DNA of 64,000 nucleotides from NCBI GenBank assembly GCA_902528875.1, contig CABZTX010000001.1, positions 51,865 through 115,864 on the forward strand, in the 5' to 3' direction. A program made the position numbers and the translations under genes. Below, in pieces: positions 9,771-18,604 of this stretch (positions are counted from its first letter, which is position 1; the number at the start of each line of letters is the position of its first letter). The DNA is from an uncultured SAR86 cluster bacterium. Its GTDB lineage: Bacteria; Pseudomonadota; Gammaproteobacteria; Magnimaribacterales; D2472. The notes below the pieces were generated by a model. That model did no database searches and was not told the origin of the DNA. It worked only from the letters and a program-made list of their open reading frames with translations.

Positions 9771-10964
9771 ATGAGTAATTTAAATAAATTTAGAGAAGAA
9801 ACTAAGAAGTGGTTAGATGAGAATTGTCCTCCCTCTATGAGATCTGGGGCAGATCCAAGCATTCCTGTTGATGAAGTTTGGGGAGGTAGAAAAGCATCTT
9901 ATAAGAATCCTGAGTCTAAATTATGGCTTGAAAGAATGGGTACTAAGGGTTGGACTATGCCCACAGTATCAAAAGAATACGGTGGTGGTGGTTTATCCAA
10001 AGATGAAGTCAAAATACTTAATGAGGAGATGTTCTTTATAGGTGCAAAACAACCATTGTTAAGCTTTGGAATATGGATGCTTGCTCCTGTTTTATTAGAG
10101 TACGGAACTGAAACTCAGAAAAAAGAGCACATCCCAAAAATAATCAAAGGTGAAATCAGGTGGTGCCAAGGTTATTCTGAACCAGGTTCGGGTTCTGACT
10201 TAGCTAGTTTAGCAACAAAGGCAGAGGATGTTGGTGACTCGTTCATGGTTAATGGCCAAAAAGTATGGACATCTTATGCTGATAAAGCAGATTGGATTTT
10301 TGCATTGGTTAGAACAGGTCCAAAAGAACCAAAGCATGATGGTATTAGTTTTTTATTAATAGACATGGAAACCAAAGGTGTTTCTACAAAACCAATTACC
10401 TTAATATCAGGCAAATCACCATTTTGTGAAACCTTTTTTGATAATGTTGAAGTTCCTAAAAGCAATTTAATAGGAGAGTTAAATGCTGGATGGACGATTG
10501 CAAAAAAACTGCTTCAGCATGAAAGAGCTTTTATCTCTAATTTTGGTCTTGCTGCTGGTATGGGTAGCAAAAGAGATATTGTTTCAATAGCCAAAAAACA
10601 CTTAGGTGAAGATGCTGGAAGGATTGGCAACAGCTTTTTTAGATCAGAGATTGCTTCTCATAAAATAAAAGAGCACGCTTTTGGATTGACTTTAAAAAGA
10701 GCGGGTGACGAAGGTAGCAAAGCAAGTGCTACAGCTTCAATGTTTAAACTTTATGGAACTGAACACAACAAAAAAAGACATGAACTTATGGTAGCTGCTT
10801 CAGGTGTAGATGGTATTGCATGGGATGGTGATGAATTTGATAAAGAGGATAAAGACCTCACAAGGGCTTGGCTAAGAACTAAAGGGAATTCACTCGAGGG
10901 TGGAAGTTCTGAAGTTCAGCTCAATGTAATTTCAAAGAGAGTTTTAGGCCTACCAACTCAATAA
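9771..10964 (+). CDS. Acyl-CoA dehydrogenase family protein (alpha-like; retains the canonical C-terminal Glu)
   Basis: ORF track starts at GTG 9729; ATG 9771 (MSNLNKFREE) is more plausible. WCQGYSEPGSGSDLASL, VNGQKVWTS, C-terminal SLEGGSSEVQ. Confidence 0.88.
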   Translation: MSNLNKFREETKKWLDENCPPSMRSGADPSIPVDEVWGGRKASYKNPESKLWLERMGTKGWTMPTVSKEYGGGGLSKDEVKILNEEMFFIGAKQPLLSFGIWMLAPVLLEYGTETQKKEHIPKIIKGEIRWCQGYSEPGSGSDLASLATKAEDVGDSFMVNGQKVWTSYADKADWIFALVRTGPKEPKHDGISFLLIDMETKGVSTKPITLISGKSPFCETFFDNVEVPKSNLIGELNAGWTIAKKLLQHERAFISNFGLAAGMGSKRDIVSIAKKHLGEDAGRIGNSFFRSEIASHKIKEHAFGLTLKRAGDEGSKASATASMFKLYGTEHNKKRHELMVAASGVDGIAWDGDEFDKEDKDLTRAWLRTKGNSLEGGSSEVQLNVISKRVLGLPTQ

Positions 10965-10970
10965 TTTCTT

Positions 10971-12110
10971 ATGAAGTTAACTCTTAACGAAGAAGAGCAG
11001 TTTCTAAAAGATACTGCAAAAAATTTTGCACAAGAAAGATGTCCAGTTACTCATTTTAGATCCTTAAGAGATTCTAATGACCCACAACTATGGGATAAAG
11101 TAGTATGGGATGAAATGTCTAAACTTGGATGGCCAGGTATATTGATACCAGAAGAATATGGTGGCTCAAATTTTGGCATATCAGGTATTAGTGTAATACT
11201 TCAAGAGTGTGCAAAAACTCTCACACCCTCCCCTTTATTTGCAACTGGTGTAATTGGTGCATACTCAATAGCAAATTTTGGAAACGAAAGTCAAAAAAAG
11301 GAATATCTTCCAAAAATTGTAAGTGGTGAAATGACAACAGCTTTTGCAATTGATGAGTCAAGTCATCATAATCCAGCGGATACAGAAATGACTGCAGAAT
11401 TTAGAAAAGATAGTGTAATTCTTAATGGAAAAAAAATATTTGTTGTAGATGGAGCAAGTGCAGACTTATTAATCGTACTTGCAAGAACATCTGGCAATAA
11501 AGGCGAAACAAGCGGCCTAACATTGTTTTTTGTAAATTCAAATTCCTCTGGTGTAGAGAAAATTAAACTTGATATGGCAGATTCTAGGAACTATGCAAAC
11601 ATAGTTTTTTCAGATGTCGAAATTAATAAAGAAGATATATTAGGAGATATTGAAACAGGTGGAGAAACATCAGAAAACATTCTAGATATTGCTAGAATTG
11701 CATTATCTGCTGAAATGTTAGGCAACTCTGAAGCAGCTTTTGAAACTACACTAGATTATTTGAAACAAAGAAAACAGTTTGGTGTCTTGATTGGTTCTTT
11801 CCAAGCACTTCAACATAGAGCTGCACAAATGTTTTGTGAACTAGAATTGACAAAATCTTCAGTTATGGCGGCAATGAGAGCTGCTGATGAGAATTCAAAC
11901 GAACTTCAAAGACTCTCAAGTCTTGCTAAAACTGTTGCGGGAGAAACTTTACATCTTGTATCAAATGAAGCAGTTCAAATGCATGGTGGCATTGGAGTTA
12001 CTGATGAATATGACATTGGTTTCTTTCTTAAAAGAGGAAGAGTAGCTGAACAGATATATGGAGGTATTAAATTTCATACTGAAAGATATGCAAATTTGTC
12101 TGGTTTTTAA
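10971..12110 (+). CDS. Acyl-CoA dehydrogenase family protein (beta-like; canonical Glu replaced by Gly)
   Basis: 379 aa, 6 nt after the preceding ACAD. FGVLIGSFQALQHR, QMHGGIGVTDEY, C-terminal IYGGIKFH instead of IYEGT. Confidence 0.85.
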   Translation: MKLTLNEEEQFLKDTAKNFAQERCPVTHFRSLRDSNDPQLWDKVVWDEMSKLGWPGILIPEEYGGSNFGISGISVILQECAKTLTPSPLFATGVIGAYSIANFGNESQKKEYLPKIVSGEMTTAFAIDESSHHNPADTEMTAEFRKDSVILNGKKIFVVDGASADLLIVLARTSGNKGETSGLTLFFVNSNSSGVEKIKLDMADSRNYANIVFSDVEINKEDILGDIETGGETSENILDIARIALSAEMLGNSEAAFETTLDYLKQRKQFGVLIGSFQALQHRAAQMFCELELTKSSVMAAMRAADENSNELQRLSSLAKTVAGETLHLVSNEAVQMHGGIGVTDEYDIGFFLKRGRVAEQIYGGIKFHTERYANLSGF

Positions 12111-12119
12111 TTTCATAAA

Positions 12120-13001
12120 ATGAAGAATTTTTTTTCGAACTTAAAGGGTGTTATCCATTTCATATTTATAATAATCGAACTCACTGTTGGTTTTACTACA
12201 ATAACAATAGCTAATCTTCCAAGACCATTTGTGTCTCAAAAACTCAAAATTTCTTTAGCACGAATGTCCAATCATATTAGTGATTGGACGATATTGGGTT
12301 TCAAAGTCATCATGAACTTTTTTCATAACAATAAGATGGAAGTTATTTACGAAGATACCTTTGACAGAAATGACTGGTGTTTGGGACTTGCTAACCATCA
12401 ATCATGGGCAGATATTCTCTTAATACTTTCTGCATCAAATTATATGATGCCAAATATTAGATTTTTCATGAAGAAAGAGCTCTCTTGGATACCATTTATA
12501 TATTTAGCTAATAAAAATTTAAATATGCCCTTTGTTAATAGGCATTCAAAGAAACAGATCATTAAAAATCCAAACTTGAGGTTGCAGGACTATGAAAATA
12601 CGATTAAATCATGCAAAAGATTAAAAAGAGCTCCTTCAACAATTTTTAGTTATGCAGAGGGAACAAGATTTACACCAGAAAAACATAAAGATCAAAATTC
12701 TTCATATAAGAACCTCCTCGAACCAAAAATAGGAGGTCTAGCAACTGCATTATCAGCATTACCAGAATCAAAGTATCTGATTGACTTTACTCTGGTTTAT
12801 AAAACTGATCGAAGATCTGCTTGGGCGTTCTTGAAAGGAGATATGGCAGATGTAAAAATTCTGGTAAAAAAATTTAAAATCCCTGAAAGTCTGAAAAATA
12901 AGAGTTATTTAGATGACAATGAATATAGGATTGAATTTAAAAATTGGATTGAGGATATTTGGTGTCAAAAAGATAAGAGCATTGAATCTTTAAAATTCTA
13001 A
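12120..13001 (+). CDS. Acyltransferase, YihG-like (lysophospholipid acyltransferase family)
   Basis: 293 aa. N-terminal TM, NHQSWADIL (HX4D), YAEGTRFT. Overall pattern resembles E. coli YihG. Confidence 0.75.
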   Translation: MKNFFSNLKGVIHFIFIIIELTVGFTTITIANLPRPFVSQKLKISLARMSNHISDWTILGFKVIMNFFHNNKMEVIYEDTFDRNDWCLGLANHQSWADILLILSASNYMMPNIRFFMKKELSWIPFIYLANKNLNMPFVNRHSKKQIIKNPNLRLQDYENTIKSCKRLKRAPSTIFSYAEGTRFTPEKHKDQNSSYKNLLEPKIGGLATALSALPESKYLIDFTLVYKTDRRSAWAFLKGDMADVKILVKKFKIPESLKNKSYLDDNEYRIEFKNWIEDIWCQKDKSIESLKF

Positions 13002-13475
13002 TTTTGAATTCGATATAGCCCATCCATTAGAGTCAACATATATCCAATACCCAGGAACAATATTAATTTCCTTTATTTTAAAAGGTACATTAATTTGTCC
13101 TGTCCCGATTGTCTTATCTGTTTTCTTTGGGAAAGTATTTTTCGCATACAAACCAATTTGAATATCCTTTATAACTTCAACATCTCTGATATATCCATCA
13201 ACAACTATTCCACTCCATTGGTTTTCATATGCAATCTTAGCAATTTGATCTCCAACCATTGAACATAAATCTTTGCCAGTATGACTTATAAAGAGAACCT
13301 TTCCTTTTCCATTATTTTTTACAATATCTTTAACAACGCTATTTGAATGTTCACATTGAACAGTTTGAATTTCACCATAAAATTTTTCTATCCCACCATA
13401 TGAATTATAGAATGAATCACCTATTTGGATTTTTTCATAAAACTCATCACAAATATCAGGAACGGTAAATTTCAT
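12990..13475 (-). CDS. rraA: RraA family protein (RNase E regulator / 4-hydroxy-4-methyl-2-oxoglutarate aldolase fold)
   Basis: MKFTVPDICDEF start parallels the E. coli RraA MKYDTSELCD. GKVLFISHTG, GDQIAKIAYENQWSGIVVDGYIRDV. ATG 13475 preferred over the track's GTG 13484. Confidence 0.8.
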   Translation of the reverse strand: MKFTVPDICDEFYEKIQIGDSFYNSYGGIEKFYGEIQTVQCEHSNSVVKDIVKNNGKGKVLFISHTGKDLCSMVGDQIAKIAYENQWSGIVVDGYIRDVEVIKDIQIGLYAKNTFPKKTDKTIGTGQINVPFKIKEINIVPGYWIYVDSNGWAISNSKLEF

Positions 13476-13551
13476 AATATTCACTATTCTAATTCATTCT
13501 AAATTTAAAGTAAGTAATATAAAATAGATACAATTAATTATGGGAGAAAAA

Positions 13552-14706
13552 ATGAAGTCGCAAATTTGTAAACTTTTAGATATTGAATTCCCTATGATTG
13601 CGTTTAGCCATTGTAGAGACGTCGTTGCAGCAGTTTCCAAGGCAGGAGGAATGGGTGTTTTAGGTGCGGTTGGTCTTTCTCCAGAAAAACTTGAAATCGA
13701 ACTAAAATGGATAGATGAACATGTTGATGGAAAGCCATATGGTGTTGATGTACTGGTACCAAATTCATATGTTGGCAAGGGAGAAAATCTTTCAACAAGT
13801 GACTTGAGAGAAATGATACCTCAAGAGCATAGAGAATTTCGTGCAGATATTCTTGAGCAACATCATATTGATGCATCTGACCTTCGTAGTGGTGACGAGT
13901 CAGAAAAAACGGAAGAGAATTCCAATCAAGTTTTGGGTGCTGGTCTTGATGGAGCGAAAGAAGTTCTTGAGGTTGCTTTTTCTCATCCCATAAAACTTGT
14001 AGCAAATGCACTTGGGGTTCCTCCTAAATGGATGTTAGATATGGGTAAAGAGCACAATGTTCCTGTCGCTGCTCTTGTTGGGGCAAAACAACATGCTGTA
14101 AAGCAAGCTGAAGCAGGAGTTGATATTATAGTAGTTTCAGGCACTGAAGGCGGTGGGCACTGCGGAAGTGTTTCTACGATGGTTCTTGTTCCTGAGGTTA
14201 GAAGAGCTTTGAAGTCTTATGGTAATGTTCCTATTCTTGCGGCTGGTGGCATTTGCACAGGTGAACAAATGGCCGGAGTAATGGCAATGGGAGCAGACGG
14301 AGTATGGTGTGCCTCAGTATTTCTTCCAACAACTGAGGCAGAAACTTCAGACAATATCAAAGAAAAGCTTGTAGCAGCATCTTCAAGTCATACTGTCAGA
14401 TCAAAAAGTAGGACTGGAAAACACTCCAGACAACTTTCATCACCTTGGGTAGAGGCATGGGAAGACAAAGATGCACCAGAACCCCTTCCTATGCCATTAC
14501 AAACAATGGTAAGTGAACCAGCTCTGAAAAAAGTTGCAGACCAAGCTGCTATTGGACATGAAGGAGCAAAACAACTTGAAACATACTGGGTTGGACAAGG
14601 TATTGGGTTAGTAAATGAGTCGATTACTGCTGGACAAACCGTTCAAAAGTTTAAAGAAGAATTCATTGATTCTTATGAAAGAATAAATAAATTTTTGTCA
14701 GATTAA
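13552..14706 (+). CDS. Nitronate monooxygenase / NAD(P)H-dependent flavin oxidoreductase family
   Basis: MKSQICKLLDIEFPMIAFSH..AGGMGVLGA, SGTEGGGH, AAGGI. GGGAGA lies upstream of ATG 13552, which I prefer over 13540. Confidence 0.8.
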   Translation: MKSQICKLLDIEFPMIAFSHCRDVVAAVSKAGGMGVLGAVGLSPEKLEIELKWIDEHVDGKPYGVDVLVPNSYVGKGENLSTSDLREMIPQEHREFRADILEQHHIDASDLRSGDESEKTEENSNQVLGAGLDGAKEVLEVAFSHPIKLVANALGVPPKWMLDMGKEHNVPVAALVGAKQHAVKQAEAGVDIIVVSGTEGGGHCGSVSTMVLVPEVRRALKSYGNVPILAAGGICTGEQMAGVMAMGADGVWCASVFLPTTEAETSDNIKEKLVAASSSHTVRSKSRTGKHSRQLSSPWVEAWEDKDAPEPLPMPLQTMVSEPALKKVADQAAIGHEGAKQLETYWVGQGIGLVNESITAGQTVQKFKEEFIDSYERINKFLSD

Positions 14707-14713
14707 ATAAAAT

Positions 14714-16648
14714 TTGTTGCTAAAAATCTTTAAAAATCTAATTATTTTATTTATTGGTGTTCTACTAATAATAATCAGTTATGCGCTCTTAAATTATTTC
14801 AAACCATTCGAAAGAATTAATACAAACATGTCTTTATATGATGAAGTTCAAACCATGATCATTGATAATCAAAAATTTAGAGATTTAAATAAAAATAATA
14901 GTTTAGACATCTATGAGGATCATAGATTGGATGCTGAAACTAGAAGTGAGGATCTTTTGAATCATATGACAATTGATGAAAAGATTGGTCAAATGTTTCA
15001 TCCTCCTTTTATCCTTAAACCAGATTTTTTTATGATGCTTTACGAGATTGCTATTAGAGGTAACAAACTAACAGAGACACAGATAGTTGATGATCACATT
15101 ACTCATTTTAATCTTTATGGGAATCCAAGTCCTTTTGAATTAGGTGTAAAAATAAATCACTTACAAAAAATCGCTTCAAAAACAAGATTAGGTATACCAA
15201 TAACAATAAGTTCTGACCCAATTCATGAAGTTCCAAAAGGTGGAGGTGTTGCTTCATTTTCAGTTGATGGATTTTCTAAATGGCCTTCACAATTAGGTTT
15301 TGCTGCATCAAAAGATACTAAATTGGTTAAAAAATTTGCTGAAATTGTAAGAGAGGAATATCTAGCGGTTGGAATCAGAACTGCGCTTCATCCAATGTCA
15401 GATTTAGCTACAGACCCAAGATGGGCAAGAAACTTTGGTACTTTTGGTTCTAACGCAAAATTATCAAGCGATATGACAATTGCTTATATGAATGGCTTTC
15501 AAGGTAATAAAATAAATAACAAAAGTGTTTTGACAATGGTAAAACACTTCCCTGGAGGTGGTCCACAAGAAAATGGTTTAGATGCTCATCTATATAGTGG
15601 ACGAAATCAAATATATCCCGGTAACAATTTTGATTATCACTTAAAACCTTTTGAAGACGCAATTAAAAATAATTTAAAGGTCATAATGCCCTATTATGGC
15701 ATTCCTGTCGGACAAACTAATGAAGATGTAGCTATGGCATATAACAAATACATTCTTACTGATTTATTGAGAAATGAGCTTGGTTACAGTGGAGTTATTT
15801 GTTCTGACTGGGGCATAATCACTGGCAGACATTGGGGTGTTGATAATCTTTCCATCAAAAAAAGATATGAAAAATCAATAGCTGCTGGAATTGATCAATA
15901 TGGTGGCGAAACTGACACCTCTTTCATTAAAAGTTTGTTCAGTGAGAATAAAATTTCTGAAAAAAGAATTAACGAGTCAGTAAAAAGAATATTAATAAAT
16001 AAATTTAAATTAGGTTTATTTGATGATCCATATATTGATGAGTCTGAAATTCAAAATACTGTGAATACTAAATCTAATATTGAGGCAGGAATTGAGGCAC
16101 AAAGAAAGTCTATTGTTTTGTTAAAAAATAATGGAGTGTTGCCTTTAAAAAAAGATACAAAAATATTTATTGACGGTCTTGATAAAGAAATTGGAAATGA
16201 GTTTGGAACATTGGTAGAAAGCATTGAAGATGCTGATGTTGTTATTATGTATATTCATACTGTTTTTAATGGTAATCAAGAATCGGGTTTGAATAGAGTT
16301 TTTGATAATTTTCTTAGCACTTTATTCCCAGATGGAAATTTAGATTTAAATAATGAGATAGTTAATAAGGTCAAAAACTTTTCAAAAGAAAAAGATTTAA
16401 TAGTCGTTGTTGATTTAAATAGGCCAGTCATTTTGGAAAGTATTAAACATAAAACTTCAGGTCTTATAGGAACCTTTGGAGTTCAAGATAGAGTAATGTA
16501 TGAGGGTCTTTTTGGAATTTTTAATCCCTCTGGAAAATTACCCTTTGAAATACCATCTTCGATGGAATCTGTTCTAAATCAAAAAGAAGACTTACCAGAC
16601 GATACAATAAATCCAACTTATAAATATGGATATGGAATAAGTTACTAA
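14714..16648 (+). CDS. Glycoside hydrolase family 3 (beta-glucosidase-like), membrane-anchored or secreted
   Basis: 644 aa. N-terminal TM or signal sequence, KIGQMF, KHFPGGG, GVICSDWG (nucleophile Asp region), C-terminal GKLPFEIP. Confidence 0.85.
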   Translation: MLLKIFKNLIILFIGVLLIIISYALLNYFKPFERINTNMSLYDEVQTMIIDNQKFRDLNKNNSLDIYEDHRLDAETRSEDLLNHMTIDEKIGQMFHPPFILKPDFFMMLYEIAIRGNKLTETQIVDDHITHFNLYGNPSPFELGVKINHLQKIASKTRLGIPITISSDPIHEVPKGGGVASFSVDGFSKWPSQLGFAASKDTKLVKKFAEIVREEYLAVGIRTALHPMSDLATDPRWARNFGTFGSNAKLSSDMTIAYMNGFQGNKINNKSVLTMVKHFPGGGPQENGLDAHLYSGRNQIYPGNNFDYHLKPFEDAIKNNLKVIMPYYGIPVGQTNEDVAMAYNKYILTDLLRNELGYSGVICSDWGIITGRHWGVDNLSIKKRYEKSIAAGIDQYGGETDTSFIKSLFSENKISEKRINESVKRILINKFKLGLFDDPYIDESEIQNTVNTKSNIEAGIEAQRKSIVLLKNNGVLPLKKDTKIFIDGLDKEIGNEFGTLVESIEDADVVIMYIHTVFNGNQESGLNRVFDNFLSTLFPDGNLDLNNEIVNKVKNFSKEKDLIVVVDLNRPVILESIKHKTSGLIGTFGVQDRVMYEGLFGIFNPSGKLPFEIPSSMESVLNQKEDLPDDTINPTYKYGYGISY

Positions 16649-17907
16649 ATTGCTTCGTTTCTTGGTTTAAATTCAAGCACAGTGGCATTAATACAATATC
16701 TTGGTAACCCATTTGGACCATCATCAAAAACGTGCCCCAAGTGAATATCTGAAGAAATTGATCGAATCTCTGTTCTTCTCATGCCATAACTATTATCTGG
16801 AAGTTCATAGACAGAATCCTCAACAGGCTTTGTAAATGAAAGCCATCCAGATCTTGAAACAAACCTATCTCTAGTATCAAATAAGGGCATACCACTCAAT
16901 TTATCAATAAAAACACCATCAGGTGTGTTTTTAAAAATCTCGTACTCTTTACAAAAACGTGCATCTGTTCCTTTATTAAATGCAACGTTAAATGCTTCAG
17001 AATCTCCCAATTTAAATTTACCTAATAATTCATAAAAATATTTATGATCAATGTATCCTTGATGTGCAAAAACTTCTTTTCCATTTTTCAAAAAAATTAT
17101 AGATGGTGTAGCCCATGTAGGGGAAAAAACTTGAAGACCATGCAGTTGATCTGATGTTCTGTATGAAATAGGTATGCTGCCTTTATATTCATCAGTTACA
17201 TTTAATTTTAATTTTTCACAATAAGGACAATAATTTTGTGAATCTAAAACTAATATTTGTTTTCCTTTACTCAAAGACTCATTATTTAACAAAGTTTTGT
17301 TAGCATCATTAAAAACTATACCTGTTGATAAATCTGGGCAGTAACCATTTGGATTTTTCTTTAGATAGTCCTGATGATAATCTTCAGCAAAGTAAAAATT
17401 ATCTAAAGGTTCTATTTTTGTCCTTACTTTTCCATATCCTGCATTTATTAAAAGTTCTTGATATTCTTCCATAATTTCTATTGCAAGTTGTCTTTGCCTT
17501 TCATTAGAAAAAAGAATGGTGGATCGATATTGGGTTCCAATATCATTGCCCTGTCTATTTAATTGTGTTGGATCATGTGTTTCAAAAAAATGTTTTAAAA
17601 TTTTCTCAAGATTAATAGCATTAGAGTTAAATGTAATTTTTACAACTTCAGCAAAATTATTATCGTTAAATTTATTTTTTAACTGAATTATTGATCTGTA
17701 ATTTGGATTGATACCATAGCCATTAGCATATCCTGATTGTGCATCTATAACACCATCAAGGGACTCGTAACCTTTTTCGGCACCCCAGAAACAACCTGAA
17801 CCAAGATATATAGTATCAATATGAGTTGTCTTATTAGCTTCTAAATTTGGAGATATAAATATAAAAAATAATAAAAGAAAATTTGTAATTTTAACTATTG
17901 GTTTCAT
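16645..17907 (-). CDS. msrAB: Secreted tri-domain methionine sulfoxide reductase: MsrA - thioredoxin/glutaredoxin-like (CPYC) - MsrB
   Basis: 420 aa. Signal peptide (FLLLFFIFISPNLEA). MsrA GSGCFWG..DYHQDYL. Central YCPYCEKLK...TPSIIFLKNGKE. MsrB GWLSF...HLGHVFDDGP...RYCINA. Confidence 0.85.
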   Translation of the reverse strand: MKPIVKITNFLLLFFIFISPNLEANKTTHIDTIYLGSGCFWGAEKGYESLDGVIDAQSGYANGYGINPNYRSIIQLKNKFNDNNFAEVVKITFNSNAINLEKILKHFFETHDPTQLNRQGNDIGTQYRSTILFSNERQRQLAIEIMEEYQELLINAGYGKVRTKIEPLDNFYFAEDYHQDYLKKNPNGYCPDLSTGIVFNDANKTLLNNESLSKGKQILVLDSQNYCPYCEKLKLNVTDEYKGSIPISYRTSDQLHGLQVFSPTWATPSIIFLKNGKEVFAHQGYIDHKYFYELLGKFKLGDSEAFNVAFNKGTDARFCKEYEIFKNTPDGVFIDKLSGMPLFDTRDRFVSRSGWLSFTKPVEDSVYELPDNSYGMRRTEIRSISSDIHLGHVFDDGPNGLPRYCINATVLEFKPRNEAI

Positions 17908-18511
17908 ATTTAAAGCTTTTACTTTTTATAAATGCTGGTCTTGAGAATAAATTATCAGACCATTTTTTTATATTTGGTTTAAATGCTTGCTCTATTCCAA
18001 GAGCTTCAGCAAGATTTATAGCATAACTCACGCATATATCTGCAAGAGTAAAGCGATTTGAACACAAATACTCTTTATTATTTAAGGACGTTTCCAGTAG
18101 TTTCAACCTAGATACAAACCATCTACTGTACCCATCAATTGCAGCATCCGCTACTCCAGGTTCTTGAAACTTGTACCTTAGTACGACAGTTTGAGGAAAA
18201 GTTAAGGTAGCATCAGAGTGATATAACCAATTTAAATAAAGTGGGTAATCATCTTCATCTGGCAAAACTTGTAAATCAGATGGGCCATATTTCTCAACAA
18301 GGTATTGAGAAATTGCAACTGACTCAGTCATTTTTATATTTCCGTCTATCATATACGGAACAGTTCCAAGTATATTTACGTCTAAGTATTCTTTCATAAA
18401 GACTCTTGGAGGAAATGGCATCATTATTAGTTCATAATCTAAGCCCATTTCTTCTGCTGTCCAAATAGGTCTTATAGCTCTAGAATTCTCAGTGCCGTAA
18501 ATTTTTATCAT
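17891..18511 (-). CDS. Glutathione S-transferase
   Basis: 206 aa. GST N-domain (IKIYG..SRAIRPIWTAEEMGLDYE, VPYMIDG, ESVAISQYL) plus a C-terminal helical domain. Confidence 0.8.
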   Translation of the reverse strand: MIKIYGTENSRAIRPIWTAEEMGLDYELIMMPFPPRVFMKEYLDVNILGTVPYMIDGNIKMTESVAISQYLVEKYGPSDLQVLPDEDDYPLYLNWLYHSDATLTFPQTVVLRYKFQEPGVADAAIDGYSRWFVSRLKLLETSLNNKEYLCSNRFTLADICVSYAINLAEALGIEQAFKPNIKKWSDNLFSRPAFIKSKSFKYETNS

Positions 18512-18550
18512 ATTAAAATTTATTTATTTCCAACATTTTACATCTTATTA

Positions 18551-18580
18551 ATGGTAATATTAATGATATTATATTACCAT
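18551..18580. promoter_or_regulatory. Perfect 10-bp inverted repeat (candidate TetR/AtuR-type operator) upstream of the carboxylase operon
   Basis: ATGGTAATAT-taatgatatt-ATATTACCAT, 25 nt upstream of ATG 18605, in the GST/carboxylase divergent intergenic region. Confidence 0.4.
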
Positions 18581-18604
18581 AAGTATCCATATAAAATTTA
18601 TATT

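Noticed and set aside
2777-10465. Track ORFs 2777..3082(+), 3135..3365(+), 5080..5286(+), 5602..5817(+), 6169..6411(+), 6479..6730(+), 7097..7294(+), 8789..8977(+), 9653..9862(-) and 10274..10465(-)
   Set aside because: All lie antisense to, or heavily overlap, strongly supported genes (topA, pyrD, nadK, ACAD and others). Their translations are low-complexity and rich in Leu, Ile, Phe, Ser and Lys, as expected from the reverse frames of AT-rich coding DNA. None has a motif or an RBS.
13494-14011. ORFs 13494..13778(-) and 13604..14011(-)
   Set aside because: Both are antisense to the well-supported nitronate monooxygenase-family gene. The translations have unusual composition (His-, Gln- and Leu-rich, or Ser-, Thr- and Pro-rich) and no motifs.
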